A stretch of 64,000 nt of DNA from a virus. Taxonomy: Duplodnaviria; Caudoviricetes. Within the stretch, counting starts at the first letter, position 1, and each line of letters begins with the position of its first letter. Location: positions 17,655-81,654 of the IMG/VR virus record IMGVR_UViG_3300049320_000001; one strand, 5' to 3'. The notes under the pieces are model-generated. The model saw only the letters and a program-made list of their open reading frames with translations. It had not been told where the DNA came from and ran no database searches. Below, one piece after another: positions 28,822-37,115 of the stretch. A program made the position numbers and the translations under genes.

Positions 28822-29261
28822 GCGATGAAGGCCTTTCGGTTGCGGCTGTCGTAGGCGTTCTGCCACTTCTTGCCTTCGTAGGAATCAAGCCACTTCCGGT
28901 GCATGGCGTAGGCCTCGGCCTCGACCCTGACAGCCTTGATCTTCTCGGGGGTGTCAGTCCCCCAGGCCCCCTCGAAGGGCTCGGAGCGGCCGTAGCGGTC
29001 CGGTACCAGGAAGAGGCGGTTCTTCTCGGTGGCCAGCGCCTGGGCCTGGGCCAGATGCGACTCCTTCTTGGCGTACTTGAGGGAGCCCTTGTCGTGCTTC
29101 TTGATGATGCGGGTGATCTTGCGCTTGAGGCGACCCTCGAAGCCGGGAAGCACGGTGCTGATGATCTTCTGCTGGTCCCCGTAGTCGATGACCAGCCTCT
29201 TGTTGCTGCTGTACGAGGTGCGGATCTGCACCTCGTGGGTGTGCGGCTGTGCGTTGCTCAT
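28818..29261 (-). CDS. Basic hypothetical protein
   Basis: GGAG RBS; ATGA overlap with the next gene. Confidence 0.6.
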   Translation of the reverse strand: MSNAQPHTHEVQIRTSYSSNKRLVIDYGDQQKIISTVLPGFEGRLKRKITRIIKKHDKGSLKYAKKESHLAQAQALATEKNRLFLVPDRYGRSEPFEGAWGTDTPEKIKAVRVEAEAYAMHRKWLDSYEGKKWQNAYDSRNRKAFIA

Positions 29262-29270
29262 TCCTTCTCC

Positions 29271-29780
29271 TTAGATGAAGCCCAAGATGCGGGCACACGT
29301 CCAGGGTTGCCATCCCCTGTCCAGGAAGCCCCGGTAGGCGACCTGGTCTTGCATCCACGGCGGTGCCTGGTCAGCCGTCAGGCTGGGGTCGCCTCCGTAG
29401 GTGAGCCAGAAGGACCTGTCCATCTGGTAGGCCCCTCGGTAGGTGCCGGAGCCAGAGACTGCTCGGTATCCCTTGGCTCCTCCCTCGCACTTGCGGAGTC
29501 GCTGCACTCGGTCTGAGGCAGCCCAAGACACCGCTCCAACAGGTGCGGGTCGTACAGGTGCCACTCGCTCGGTTCTGGGAGCAGAGTGACGGCTTCGGCT
29601 TGCCTTCTTCTGAGTTGTTCCCCTGCCATCGAGGATGGGGGTGGGAACAGGGTCAGCAGCAGGCTGCGATACAACCTGCGCGCTAGTCGCCGTGACCTGC
29701 TGTGGCACATCACGACCCTCCGTCCTCAGGCCCAGGATCACGAGCATGACCATGAGTCCAAGCGAAAGAGTTCTCTTCAT
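29271..29780 (-). CDS. Secreted resuscitation-promoting factor (Rpf)-like transglycosylase
   Basis: Signal peptide MKRTLSLGLMVMLVILG; Rpf motifs LRKCEGG, YRGAYQM..FW..GG, QDQVA, GWQPWTC. Confidence 0.75.
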   Translation of the reverse strand: MKRTLSLGLMVMLVILGLRTEGRDVPQQVTATSAQVVSQPAADPVPTPILDGRGTTQKKASRSRHSAPRTERVAPVRPAPVGAVSWAASDRVQRLRKCEGGAKGYRAVSGSGTYRGAYQMDRSFWLTYGGDPSLTADQAPPWMQDQVAYRGFLDRGWQPWTCARILGFI

Positions 29781-30051
29781 CGAGTAGTTCCTTTGTTCGG
29801 CGGATCGCGTCCGCAAAGCCTCGACCGTAGTCTCGGCTCTTCGTGGCGTGGTCTTCCGGGTCCGGCAATGGAACCACCAGACGCTTGTTCTCCTCCACTG
29901 CATCTGCGATCACCGTTGCGAGATGAACTCGGTGATCGTCAGCGAAGGCAACAGTGTGACCGCACCCGCAAATACCCCAAGTCCCTTGCTCACTTTGGTG
30001 TTGATGCTTGTCGAGCACTTCCAGGATGAGGTTGTCCAGCGGTGCGTTCAC
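29710..30051 (-). CDS. Hypothetical protein (H..C.C..H..H metal motif)
   Basis: GGAGG RBS before GTG. Confidence 0.5.
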   Translation of the reverse strand: MNAPLDNLILEVLDKHQHQSEQGTWGICGCGHTVAFADDHRVHLATVIADAVEENKRLVVPLPDPEDHATKSRDYGRGFADAIRRTKELLDEENSFAWTHGHARDPGPEDGGS

Positions 30052-30171
30052 GTTCCTCCTCTCTGACAGTCGAATCCGGATTGCCGTAGTCGTAGGGATC
30101 TTCACACTTGGTGTTGGGTCGGTGAGAGTTCACCCACTTGGTCCAAGCGATCCCCTTGATGACCTCGACCA

Positions 30172-31113
30172 CTACTTCGGACTAGGTGCCGTACCGGGAT
30201 AGATGTACGTCGGCTGGTACGGGTTGCAACCGTGCTCGATGCACTCGTGCCGGTTGTAGTTGTCCACGCCGCCGTAGCCACGGATCTCCGCAGCCTTCTT
30301 GCGAGCCTCAGCCTCGGCCACAGCGACCTCAGCCTGGGCCTTGGTCAGGTTGGCCCGTGCCTCAGCCTCCTTGGCCTGAGCCTCAGCCACACGACGCTGT
30401 CCGTCGATGATGGCCTGCTGCGCCTGCTTGCCCGCCTCACCGACGAGGGTCGGCACACCGATGAGAGGCTGGAACTTGTTGTAGAACTCGACCTCTGTCG
30501 GGGTGGTGCGGTTCACCAGTTCCGGCACGAGGGCCAGCACCTTCTTCTCCCACTCGGCCTTGGTAGCCGGGTTGAAGACCAGGTCACGCCAGTTGTACTC
30601 CTGGCTGATGCGGTCCATGGCCGTCTCCAGCGGGGTCTCGATGTAGAGCCGCTGGATCTCGCGCCACCCGCCCGGGACCTCGTTCGGGCCGTTGTTGAAG
30701 GATGCCCCGTAGCGCCGACCGAGGTTCAGGTGGAACTGCACGATGGGCGACTTCTCGGCGTCCTTGCCCTCACCGCTGGCGCAGTCGGTGTTGAGGTAAT
30801 ACTGCAACTGCCCCGGCACCGCCAACTCCACGCCGTCCTTGGACAGGACATGGATCGGGTCACGGTCGTGACCCTTGCCCTCGGTGAAGTCCACGACCCG
30901 CTGGTCCGAGGGGTAGGTGTAGGTGTGGCCACCGGAGTCCCAGTCACCTCGCTGCCCACCAGGGACACAGCGGATGAACTTCTGGGCTGCCGGGACGACG
31001 GCACCACCCTCGAACTGGAGGGCGACCATCTGCTGCTCGGGTCGAGGCCCGACGCAACTGGTGAGGGAGAGCATGGCGAGCACCGCCATGATCACCAACA
31101 GGACCTTCTTCAC
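30172..31113 (-). CDS. SPFH/band-7 family lipoprotein
   Basis: Lipobox LTSC, SKDGVELAV motif, C-terminal AEA-rich coiled coil. Confidence 0.8.
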   Translation of the reverse strand: MKKVLLVIMAVLAMLSLTSCVGPRPEQQMVALQFEGGAVVPAAQKFIRCVPGGQRGDWDSGGHTYTYPSDQRVVDFTEGKGHDRDPIHVLSKDGVELAVPGQLQYYLNTDCASGEGKDAEKSPIVQFHLNLGRRYGASFNNGPNEVPGGWREIQRLYIETPLETAMDRISQEYNWRDLVFNPATKAEWEKKVLALVPELVNRTTPTEVEFYNKFQPLIGVPTLVGEAGKQAQQAIIDGQRRVAEAQAKEAEARANLTKAQAEVAVAEAEARKKAAEIRGYGGVDNYNRHECIEHGCNPYQPTYIYPGTAPSPK

Positions 31114-31388
31114 GTGATCTCCTTCGTGTTCTCGATGACGGTGCTGTTCGCCCGCATCTGGATGAGGTCAAGAGCCATGCGCTCCTGACCGGGCACAACG
31201 AGGCTGTCGTGTGCCATGGCAGCGATCTCAGTGAGTGCCTTGAGGGCTGCCTTGTGCTGCTGTTGTAGTGCCCTTACCTCCTTCTTCTTGATGGACTTGT
31301 TGGTCTGTCTGCCGTCCCAGACGGTGAAGAACACCCCCGTGAGAATCACCAACACAAGGATCGCCAAGATCATCAGTCCGGGGTACAT
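31110..31388 (-). CDS. Single-TM membrane protein upstream of SPFH gene
   Basis: N-terminal hydrophobic helix; GTGA overlap. Confidence 0.6.
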   Translation of the reverse strand: MYPGLMILAILVLVILTGVFFTVWDGRQTNKSIKKKEVRALQQQHKAALKALTEIAAMAHDSLVVPGQERMALDLIQMRANSTVIENTKEIT

Positions 31389-31612
31389 TTCTCGTCCTCC
31401 TTCGCCTGCTCGATGGCTTCTGCCAGTTCCTTTCTCCTGGCCCGAAGCAGCCAAGTTGTGTGGATGGTCGCCACTGGCATCAGAGCAATGACGAAGAAGA
31501 TGACCTTCACCCAAATGGTGGGGGCGATAGCCATCCAGAACATGCACCAGGCCAAGAGGATGAAGTCCGACACGCTGTACTTGTAGAGGTCTATCTCCTT
31601 CTTAGCCATCAT
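31373..31612 (-). CDS. Two-TM membrane protein
   Basis: Two hydrophobic helices. Confidence 0.55.
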   Translation of the reverse strand: MMAKKEIDLYKYSVSDFILLAWCMFWMAIAPTIWVKVIFFVIALMPVATIHTTWLLRARRKELAEAIEQAKEDEKCTPD

Positions 31613-31763
31613 CGGCCCCCTGCTGCGAGTGGTCGTTCTGCACCGGGGATGGCCAGGCGTCGGGTCCTTCGTAGTGACACTCCAGCCCGTCTGGACACGG
31701 ACAAGAGGGGTCACCGTGCGGGCAGTAGATGACGGTCCGCGAAGGCGACTTCTCGCCCGTCAT
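31602..31763 (-). CDS. Small KSPS...NDHS family protein (Cys-rich core)
   Basis: MTGEKSPSRT..CPH..CPC..CH..QNDHSQQGADDG. Confidence 0.55.
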   Translation of the reverse strand: MTGEKSPSRTVIYCPHGDPSCPCPDGLECHYEGPDAWPSPVQNDHSQQGADDG

Positions 31764-32062
31764 CGACTCAGTGCCTGGGTGATGAGCCCGACAATGAAAG
31801 CGGCCACGGCAACCATCGCCATGGCCGTTACGACGTAGTCCAGGAAGACGACGCCATCGATGATCTTCAGTTGGTAGGTGGCAACTGCTCCGAAGGACAG
31901 CCAGTGAGACAGGCAGTACGGGCAACCAATGAGTTGCCCGAACCACTTGCTCTTGAGCATGACCTTCTTGCGGAGCGGCTCAGTGACCTTGGTACGGGCG
32001 ATGGTGAAGGCCACCGACGCCACCGAAGCGGCAAGGATGAGGAACTGGGTGTACCTCAGCAC
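31760..32062 (-). CDS. DUF1360-like membrane protein
   Basis: TEPLRK..LIGCPYCLSHW motif flanked by TM helices. Confidence 0.65.
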   Translation of the reverse strand: MLRYTQFLILAASVASVAFTIARTKVTEPLRKKVMLKSKWFGQLIGCPYCLSHWLSFGAVATYQLKIIDGVVFLDYVVTAMAMVAVAAFIVGLITQALSR

Positions 32063-32490
32063 ACGCAACCCCCACGGGTGCTCTTGACCCTGCCCATGGA
32101 GAGGCCGCGCAGGTCGTGCCACTCCTCGGTGCGCTCGTCGTGGGCGGACTCCACCTCGTGGTAGAAGTTCCACATGGCGTCGGAGTCCTCCTCCGAGCGG
32201 TTCTCGTCCCACCACGCCATGAACTCGGCCATGGAGGGCATGGACGGCCTGTCGTCCATCGGGTCGTACTCGGCGTCCGGATGCCACGCCGGGAGCGCCT
32301 TCGCCTCCTCGACCGTCTCCTCCTCCGGGTCAGGGAGGACGGCGTCCATGTCGTTCAGGAGGTCATCGATGTTGGTGAGGCAGCAGGTTGCCCCCTCCAC
32401 GACCTCCTGGGATCGACTGGTGTCGGCCTCAGAAGTCGTCGTCTCCTGCTCCGAGTCCTGCGAACGCTGCTGCTTGGTCTTCTGAACCAT
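32056..32490 (-). CDS. Pup-like N-terminal region fused to an acidic/Trp-rich extension
   Basis: MVQKTKQQRSQDSEQETTTSEAD..IDDLLNDMDAVL resembles Pup MAQEQTKR..TDDLLDEIDDVL; GAGGAG RBS. Confidence 0.55.
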   Translation of the reverse strand: MVQKTKQQRSQDSEQETTTSEADTSRSQEVVEGATCCLTNIDDLLNDMDAVLPDPEEETVEEAKALPAWHPDAEYDPMDDRPSMPSMAEFMAWWDENRSEEDSDAMWNFYHEVESAHDERTEEWHDLRGLSMGRVKSTRGGCVC

Positions 32491-32794
32491 GACTCTCCTC
32501 AGTGGTGTCTCCGTTGGAATCGGTGATGGTCCCGTCGCTCCAGAACTTCCTCCAGAAGCGGACGGGGGTGGTGGTGCGCGTGAAGGACAGACCGGTGAGG
32601 TCGTCCACGAGTGTGATCTCCCAAGGCTCGCCAACCTCGGGCTCGGTGATGCGGTCGTACGCGATCCACTTGCCGTCACGGCGTGCCCCCCTGGCTCGAT
32701 CACCAGGGGAACGGAGCACCTTCTTGACCACGCAGTTCGTGTGGTGGTTCGACAGTTCCGTGAACACGATCAACAGATCGACCGTCGCGGGCAT
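32429..32794 (-). CDS. Hypothetical protein
   Basis: AAGGAG RBS. Confidence 0.5.
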   Translation of the reverse strand: MPATVDLLIVFTELSNHHTNCVVKKVLRSPGDRARGARRDGKWIAYDRITEPEVGEPWEITLVDDLTGLSFTRTTTPVRFWRKFWSDGTITDSNGDTTEESHGSEDQAAAFAGLGAGDDDF

Positions 32795-32956
32795 TCATCT
32801 CCTCCTTGTACTTCACTCCATCGGCCAGCCACTTTGACAGGCCGTTCCGGTACTCCTTGGTCCCGAAGATCTTGAGGACCATGTTGGCGAGCCACACAGC
32901 GAACCGGTCGCGTTGTGTGGCCTTGTAGAGAGATCGGCTCCCCACAGATAGTGGCT

Positions 32957-33253
32957 TCACTTTGGGTCCTCCAACTCAGCAGAGCCTGGGATGAAGTCAC
33001 AGACCTCAGAAGACCCGCTCTCGGACGGGCTCGAAGGCGGGCTCTGTGCGGCTCTGAATGGCCCCTCGCAGAAGACCATCGGCTCCACCGTGTAGCCACG
33101 GAAGTCCGAGGCTGACAGCACGTAGTCGGGATACGCCGCGTTCTTCACGAGTCGGCACCGCTCCGCTCGCTCTGCGTCACTGTGAACGCAGGACACGTCG
33201 CGATTGCTGTTCCTCACGACGAAGACAGAAGGGGTCTTCTGACCGTCAGACAT
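32957..33253 (-). CDS. Hypothetical protein (starts MSDGQKTPS)
   Basis: Coupled to neighbours; start resembles the KSPS family. Confidence 0.5.
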   Translation of the reverse strand: MSDGQKTPSVFVVRNSNRDVSCVHSDAERAERCRLVKNAAYPDYVLSASDFRGYTVEPMVFCEGPFRAAQSPPSSPSESGSSEVCDFIPGSAELEDPK

Positions 33254-33647
33254 CGAGCACCGCCCGGTCGTTCTCGGCCGCTTCCTGGACCCGGTCGATC
33301 AGGTCGTAGTACGCCGCCCGCTCCTCGTCGGTGCCGACCGGGTTGGGGTAGCGGTCACTGACGACCTCGATCCAGAACGCGAGGACAGGTGTCATCCAGG
33401 GCTTGAGGGTCCAGGGCGCTCGGTCCCACAGCCGGAGGCATCGGCGCAGGTCGGAGGGGTCCCGCGGCTCTGCTGGCCCTCGGAACGGGGGCTTCTCGCG
33501 CAGGTCCGGGTTGAGCCCGAGGGCGTACAGCCCGAGGGCCTCGCTGCTCAAGCCGAGTTCGAACTGGCCGAGCAGCATGGCCGTCTCGAACTCCCGAGAC
33601 CAGGAATCGGTCGCGCGGGGCGGGGTCCTACAAGGAATCTCAGCCAC
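33246..33647 (-). CDS. Hypothetical protein with P.DPSDLRRC motif
   Basis: GGAGG RBS before GTG. Confidence 0.55.
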   Translation of the reverse strand: MAEIPCRTPPRATDSWSREFETAMLLGQFELGLSSEALGLYALGLNPDLREKPPFRGPAEPRDPSDLRRCLRLWDRAPWTLKPWMTPVLAFWIEVVSDRYPNPVGTDEERAAYYDLIDRVQEAAENDRAVLDV

Positions 33648-33825
33648 GGCCCGCCTCCTGCTGCGAGTGGTCGTTCTCGGCCATGTCTTCGCAGACCTGG
33701 CAACAGCACTGGCAGTCTGAAACGAACGGGTTTCCCCGTTCGTCGCCAGCCTCCAGCCATGCCCTGTGCTGCTCGACGTGCTGCTCGTGCTCCGTCCGGG
33801 AAGGCGACTTCTGTGGTTCAGACAT
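33640..33825 (-). CDS. Small KSPS...NDHS family protein (His/Cys-rich core)
   Basis: MSEPQKSPSRT..CQCCCQVC..ENDHSQQEAGRG. Confidence 0.55.
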   Translation of the reverse strand: MSEPQKSPSRTEHEQHVEQHRAWLEAGDERGNPFVSDCQCCCQVCEDMAENDHSQQEAGRG

Positions 33826-34273
33826 CTTTCACCCCCTTCTCCAGGATGTACTTGCAGCGCAAGCACTTGAGTATCTCGATGGTGCGGTCCCAGTCGTGAC
33901 CGTGGTTCTGACCTGCGATGACGTGCTTGACCTCTACACCGCAGACAGCAGTGCCCCTCTTCCGCTTGGGACCCCGCCACCGCTGGTACTTCTCATCCCA
34001 GACCATCTTGAGGGAAGGGTCTGACTTGAGGACGAACACAGCGTGGGAGACAGTCCCTCGCTTGGTACTGGCAGCCACCCAACGGGCCTCATCACCAGCA
34101 CGTCGGGCTGCGTTGTAGCAACGGGTGCACAGAAACGCGCCCTTGAACCACCACTTGGCTTCCCGTTCACGGTGTCTAACGCAAGACTTCACTCTTCCTC
34201 CTGACATGACAGAAGGCACCGCGATGGGTGCCTTCTGGTCAACTGGTAGAGGTGGCGATCCAGATGAGTTCAT
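33818..34273 (-). CDS. Zn-binding hypothetical protein
   Basis: CTRC, VCG, CLRC motifs. Confidence 0.5.
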   Translation of the reverse strand: MNSSGSPPLPVDQKAPIAVPSVMSGGRVKSCVRHREREAKWWFKGAFLCTRCYNAARRAGDEARWVAASTKRGTVSHAVFVLKSDPSLKMVWDEKYQRWRGPKRKRGTAVCGVEVKHVIAGQNHGHDWDRTIEILKCLRCKYILEKGVKDV

Positions 34274-34526
34274 GCTGCTCCTCTTGGAGGAGGAGGTTCA
34301 TACGACTCTCCAGTGCGCTCCTCAACTGCTCGTAGGTGGTGCCTGTCGTGATGAACATCTTGTCCATCGCCTTGCGGAACTGCCTCTCTGCTCGAAGTCC
34401 GTGACGGGACCGTATGTGGCCGCTGAGGAGGTGATAGATCCTCGCCAACTGCTCCTTCTGGATGTCGTCGCCGGTCTTCGGGGGGATACGGACAGTGACC
34501 GTGTTGGTCTTGGTAGTCGCGTTCAT
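34239..34526 (-). CDS. Hypothetical protein
   Basis: AAGGTG RBS; first gene after the promoter near 34590. Confidence 0.6.
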   Translation of the reverse strand: MNATTKTNTVTVRIPPKTGDDIQKEQLARIYHLLSGHIRSRHGLRAERQFRKAMDKMFITTGTTYEQLRSALESRMNLLLQEEQHELIWIATSTS

Positions 34527-34587
34527 CGTCTAAATCACCTTCCTTCCTGGGCAGGGGATACCGACACCTTTGGTCGGCGTGAGATAC

Positions 34588-34608
34588 ACCCTATCGCACC
34601 CTGCACAC
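34588..34608 (-). promoter_or_regulatory. Phage-specific extended -10 promoter motif (copy)
   Basis: Minus strand GTGTGCAGGGTGCGATAGGGT; related copies near 18543, 50162, 50704 and 62766. Confidence 0.55.
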
Positions 34609-34746
34609 TCAAGGCAAGGGTCTACAGCGTGTCACACCAAATCAGTCTTCGCAAAGATCAAACATAGTGTCTCTGCGCTACATGCAAGTAGCAGGCAGTG
34701 AACACTTGAGGCAGACATGGCACAGCCCCGCTCGGGGGCTGGCCCA

Positions 34747-34971
34747 CTACCTACCGGCGAGATCCTTCCGCTCCTTCTGCATCTGCGGGGTGTCCGCGTC
34801 CGATGCGTTCTCGGGGATGGTCTGCTTGACGGTCTCGTAGTGGGTGTCTCCGAACGGGGCTGTCTTGCCCTTGCTCCGCTTGGCCTTGATCGTGTCGAAG
34901 GCCACCCATCCGGCCCCCAGGACGAGGGCGAAGGTGACGAGTCGAGCGATGATCAATCCGAAGGTTCGCAT
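34747..34971 (-). CDS. Single-TM membrane protein
   Basis: AAGGAG RBS; N-terminal TM helix. Confidence 0.55.
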   Translation of the reverse strand: MRTFGLIIARLVTFALVLGAGWVAFDTIKAKRSKGKTAPFGDTHYETVKQTIPENASDADTPQMQKERKDLAGR

Positions 34972-35078
34972 TGTGGGGCTCCTTTCAGTGGACAGTCTTT
35001 CTGCCTCACGTGTAAGGAGCATACCATCAAACACAGCGAAAGGCCAGTTCATCCCTCAAGAATGAACTGGCCTTTGCT

Positions 35079-35432
35079 TCACGATGCTCGAAGCCCGTGA
35101 CGTCGTTCTCGCTGATAGCAGGCGTTGCACTTGTGCTGCGCCGCGTACTTGATGCCGTGACGCTTGCACACGATGCACTGATCTTCTCCTAGAACCATGA
35201 GTCTGGTGACGGTGAGCGGCCAGTCCTTGGTGACGTCCATGGCGATTCCCGCTGTGGCTTCCTCGCTGTCCGTCCCGTTGTTGGCGACGATGTTGACGAC
35301 CCACTGGTTTGTGGCGTCCACATGTAGCACCCTGAGACCGAACAGGAGATCACCCTCACGAACTTCGGATGCCTCCAGTCTGACTTCATCCGTGTATGTG
35401 ACTACACGGTCTCTTTGGTGAACCATCTGCAC
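35079..35432 (-). CDS. Hypothetical protein with C-terminal CxxC..CxxC
   Basis: AAGGAGG RBS. Confidence 0.6.
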   Translation of the reverse strand: MQMVHQRDRVVTYTDEVRLEASEVREGDLLFGLRVLHVDATNQWVVNIVANNGTDSEEATAGIAMDVTKDWPLTVTRLMVLGEDQCIVCKRHGIKYAAQHKCNACYQRERRHGLRAS

Positions 35433-35547
35433 TGTGCTTACCTCCTTTCTAGTTAGAGATAACTGACCTCGTCAGTTTACCACGGAAATGAACAAACGAC
35501 TAGACCCCGTACCCTCACGTGGTGAGTACGGGGTCGTAGTCGATCAC

Positions 35548-35868
35548 TCAGGCGTTCGTCGTGATCTCCGGCTCGACCTGCTCCTTGGCGCGGGCGGCGA
35601 CGGAACGGACCTTCTTGGAGGCCTTGCGAGCGACCCAGCCGATGGTCTCGTCCGGCGCGACCCTGAACGCCAGGACGACGGCTCCGGCAGTGAGGACCGG
35701 CTTCATGGTGTCCTCGAACTGCTTGACCTCCTGGTCGTTCCGTGCCGCCGCCCAGAGGCGACGTGCTCGACCCGTGGTGCTCTTGACCTCCTCGGTGGCC
35801 GTCTCGGCGTCCTGCTTGATGCCGTGGACAGTGGCCTTGCCGGGGACCTTCGGCGTGTCTTCCGCCAT
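35548..35868 (-). CDS. Hypothetical protein
   Basis: AAGGAG RBS before MAEDTPKV. Confidence 0.55.
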   Translation of the reverse strand: MAEDTPKVPGKATVHGIKQDAETATEEVKSTTGRARRLWAAARNDQEVKQFEDTMKPVLTAGAVVLAFRVAPDETIGWVARKASKKVRSVAARAKEQVEPEITTNA

Positions 35869-35918
35869 TGGTGTCTCCTTCATCATCCGCTGGACCTGTT
35901 GTCCTGCGGTATGCCTCA

Positions 35919-35947
35919 AGTGTAAACCAGTAGTAGGAAATAGTCAA
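35919..35947 (-). promoter_or_regulatory. SigA-type promoter TTGACT-17-TACACT
   Basis: Read on the reverse complement just downstream of the ncRNA 3' hairpin. Confidence 0.7.
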
Positions 35948-35949
35948 GG

Positions 35950-37042
35950 CGCAACAAAGCCCCGGCTACCTTTCGTATACCGTCGCCATCACTGGGCTTA
36001 TACGGGGTCAGAAAGACCGGGGCTTTGTGCCTCTATGGGCTCGTATGGTGCAGATAAGAAACCGCAGGCATGTCTTCTTCACCAGACTTCTGAACTTTCG
36101 GAGTCCCCACACCTCTCTCGATCCTCCCGGACCTGGCCTATTCATGGGGTTGGCTCACAGCGTCTGGCCTAGACGGCGGGGTTACCCGCAGGGTTCATGT
36201 TCCTCCTACTTCGCCGTATTCCGGATCGGTGGACTTCCTGGCCTCCTACACCACGGAGGCCCCATAGAAGAGCCCCCACCCGATGACAGATGGGGGCCGG
36301 TGCGCCAGGGGAGACTCGCACTCCCAGAGAACCTTGCCATGTTGAAGTTTGGTGGACTCGTGGCTCGGAGCCAACGAGCGGGGTGACAGTCGGTGCGACG
36401 TTGTGCACTGCACCGTATGGCCGTCTCTGGCGCTGTCAGACGAGGGAGAGCCACGTTGTGTCGCTGCGGCTAACGCTCAGTCGTAGAGCGATCCTTGCCG
36501 CGCTCTCCGTGCTGACCCAGTCATCATACCGCTCCAACCCGCTACAGCGCAACACCCCCACTGCTTGGGGCAAGTAGGGGTGTTGGCTTGGCGCAGGTAC
36601 GGCTCAGGAACAGGATTCCGTCATGGCCGTCCTTCGAGCGGAGGCCCGCCCTCTTCTTAGAGACAGGAGGCTCGTTGACGCCTGAGGCAAGTCTACTGCA
36701 CTTACCTATACATAGCAAAGGACCCCCAGAGGTCTCTTTGACGTGGGGGTCCGCCGTACATCAGGCGCTGGCTTGCTGTGTGCAACCTATCGGATACAGA
36801 GAACCCTACGGTTCCCCTGCCGGTTGAGCAGGGCCAGCCTTACCGGCTGCTCGGCCTGATCTTCCAGAGTGTCTCGTGTTCGCTCTGGGTTGATCGTGTG
36901 CCCTTTGGTCCAGGACTGGGCACTGCATCCTGCAACACTTCGCGGCTGTTGAAGCACCGGCCTCCTGGAAGATGAGGTCTTAGCGTCCGAGTGGAGAGCG
37001 TGTCTCCCTGGCGACCAGGGCCAATCTCCATTCCTCTAACGC
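35950..37042 (-). ncRNA. Candidate large structured ncRNA (~1.1 kb)
   Basis: No credible CDS; at least 13 hairpins; own promoter at the 5' end and a long closing stem (ACAAAGCCCCGG 35954-65 / CCGGGGCTTTGT 36017-28) at the 3' end. Confidence 0.65.
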
Positions 37043-37048
37043 ACCACA

Positions 37049-37077
37049 AACATAACAGATACTGCCTCTATTGTCAA
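37049..37077 (-). promoter_or_regulatory. SigA-type promoter TTGACA-17-TATGTT driving the ncRNA
   Basis: Exact TTGACA, 17-nt spacer, TANNNT -10. Confidence 0.8.
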
Positions 37078-37085
37078 ACGCGAAA

Positions 37086-37107
37086 GACCCCCTATTCCTA
37101 GGGGGTC
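37086..37107. terminator. Terminator hairpin insulating the ncRNA unit from the upstream gene
   Basis: GACCCCCTA-TTCC-TAGGGGGTC, followed by a T run on the minus strand. Confidence 0.75.
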
Positions 37108-37115
37108 CTTAGCGG

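Noticed and set aside
36231-36240. CAGGAAGUCC on the minus strand resembles RNase P conserved region I (GAGGAAAGUCC)
   Set aside because: One base short, and no matching CR-V (AACANAA..GGCUUA) was found in the region.
36344-36375. UCCACCA after a hairpin resembles a tmRNA/tRNA 3' end
   Set aside because: The preceding loop is 3 nt rather than a 7-nt T-loop, and no matching 5' acceptor strand was found.
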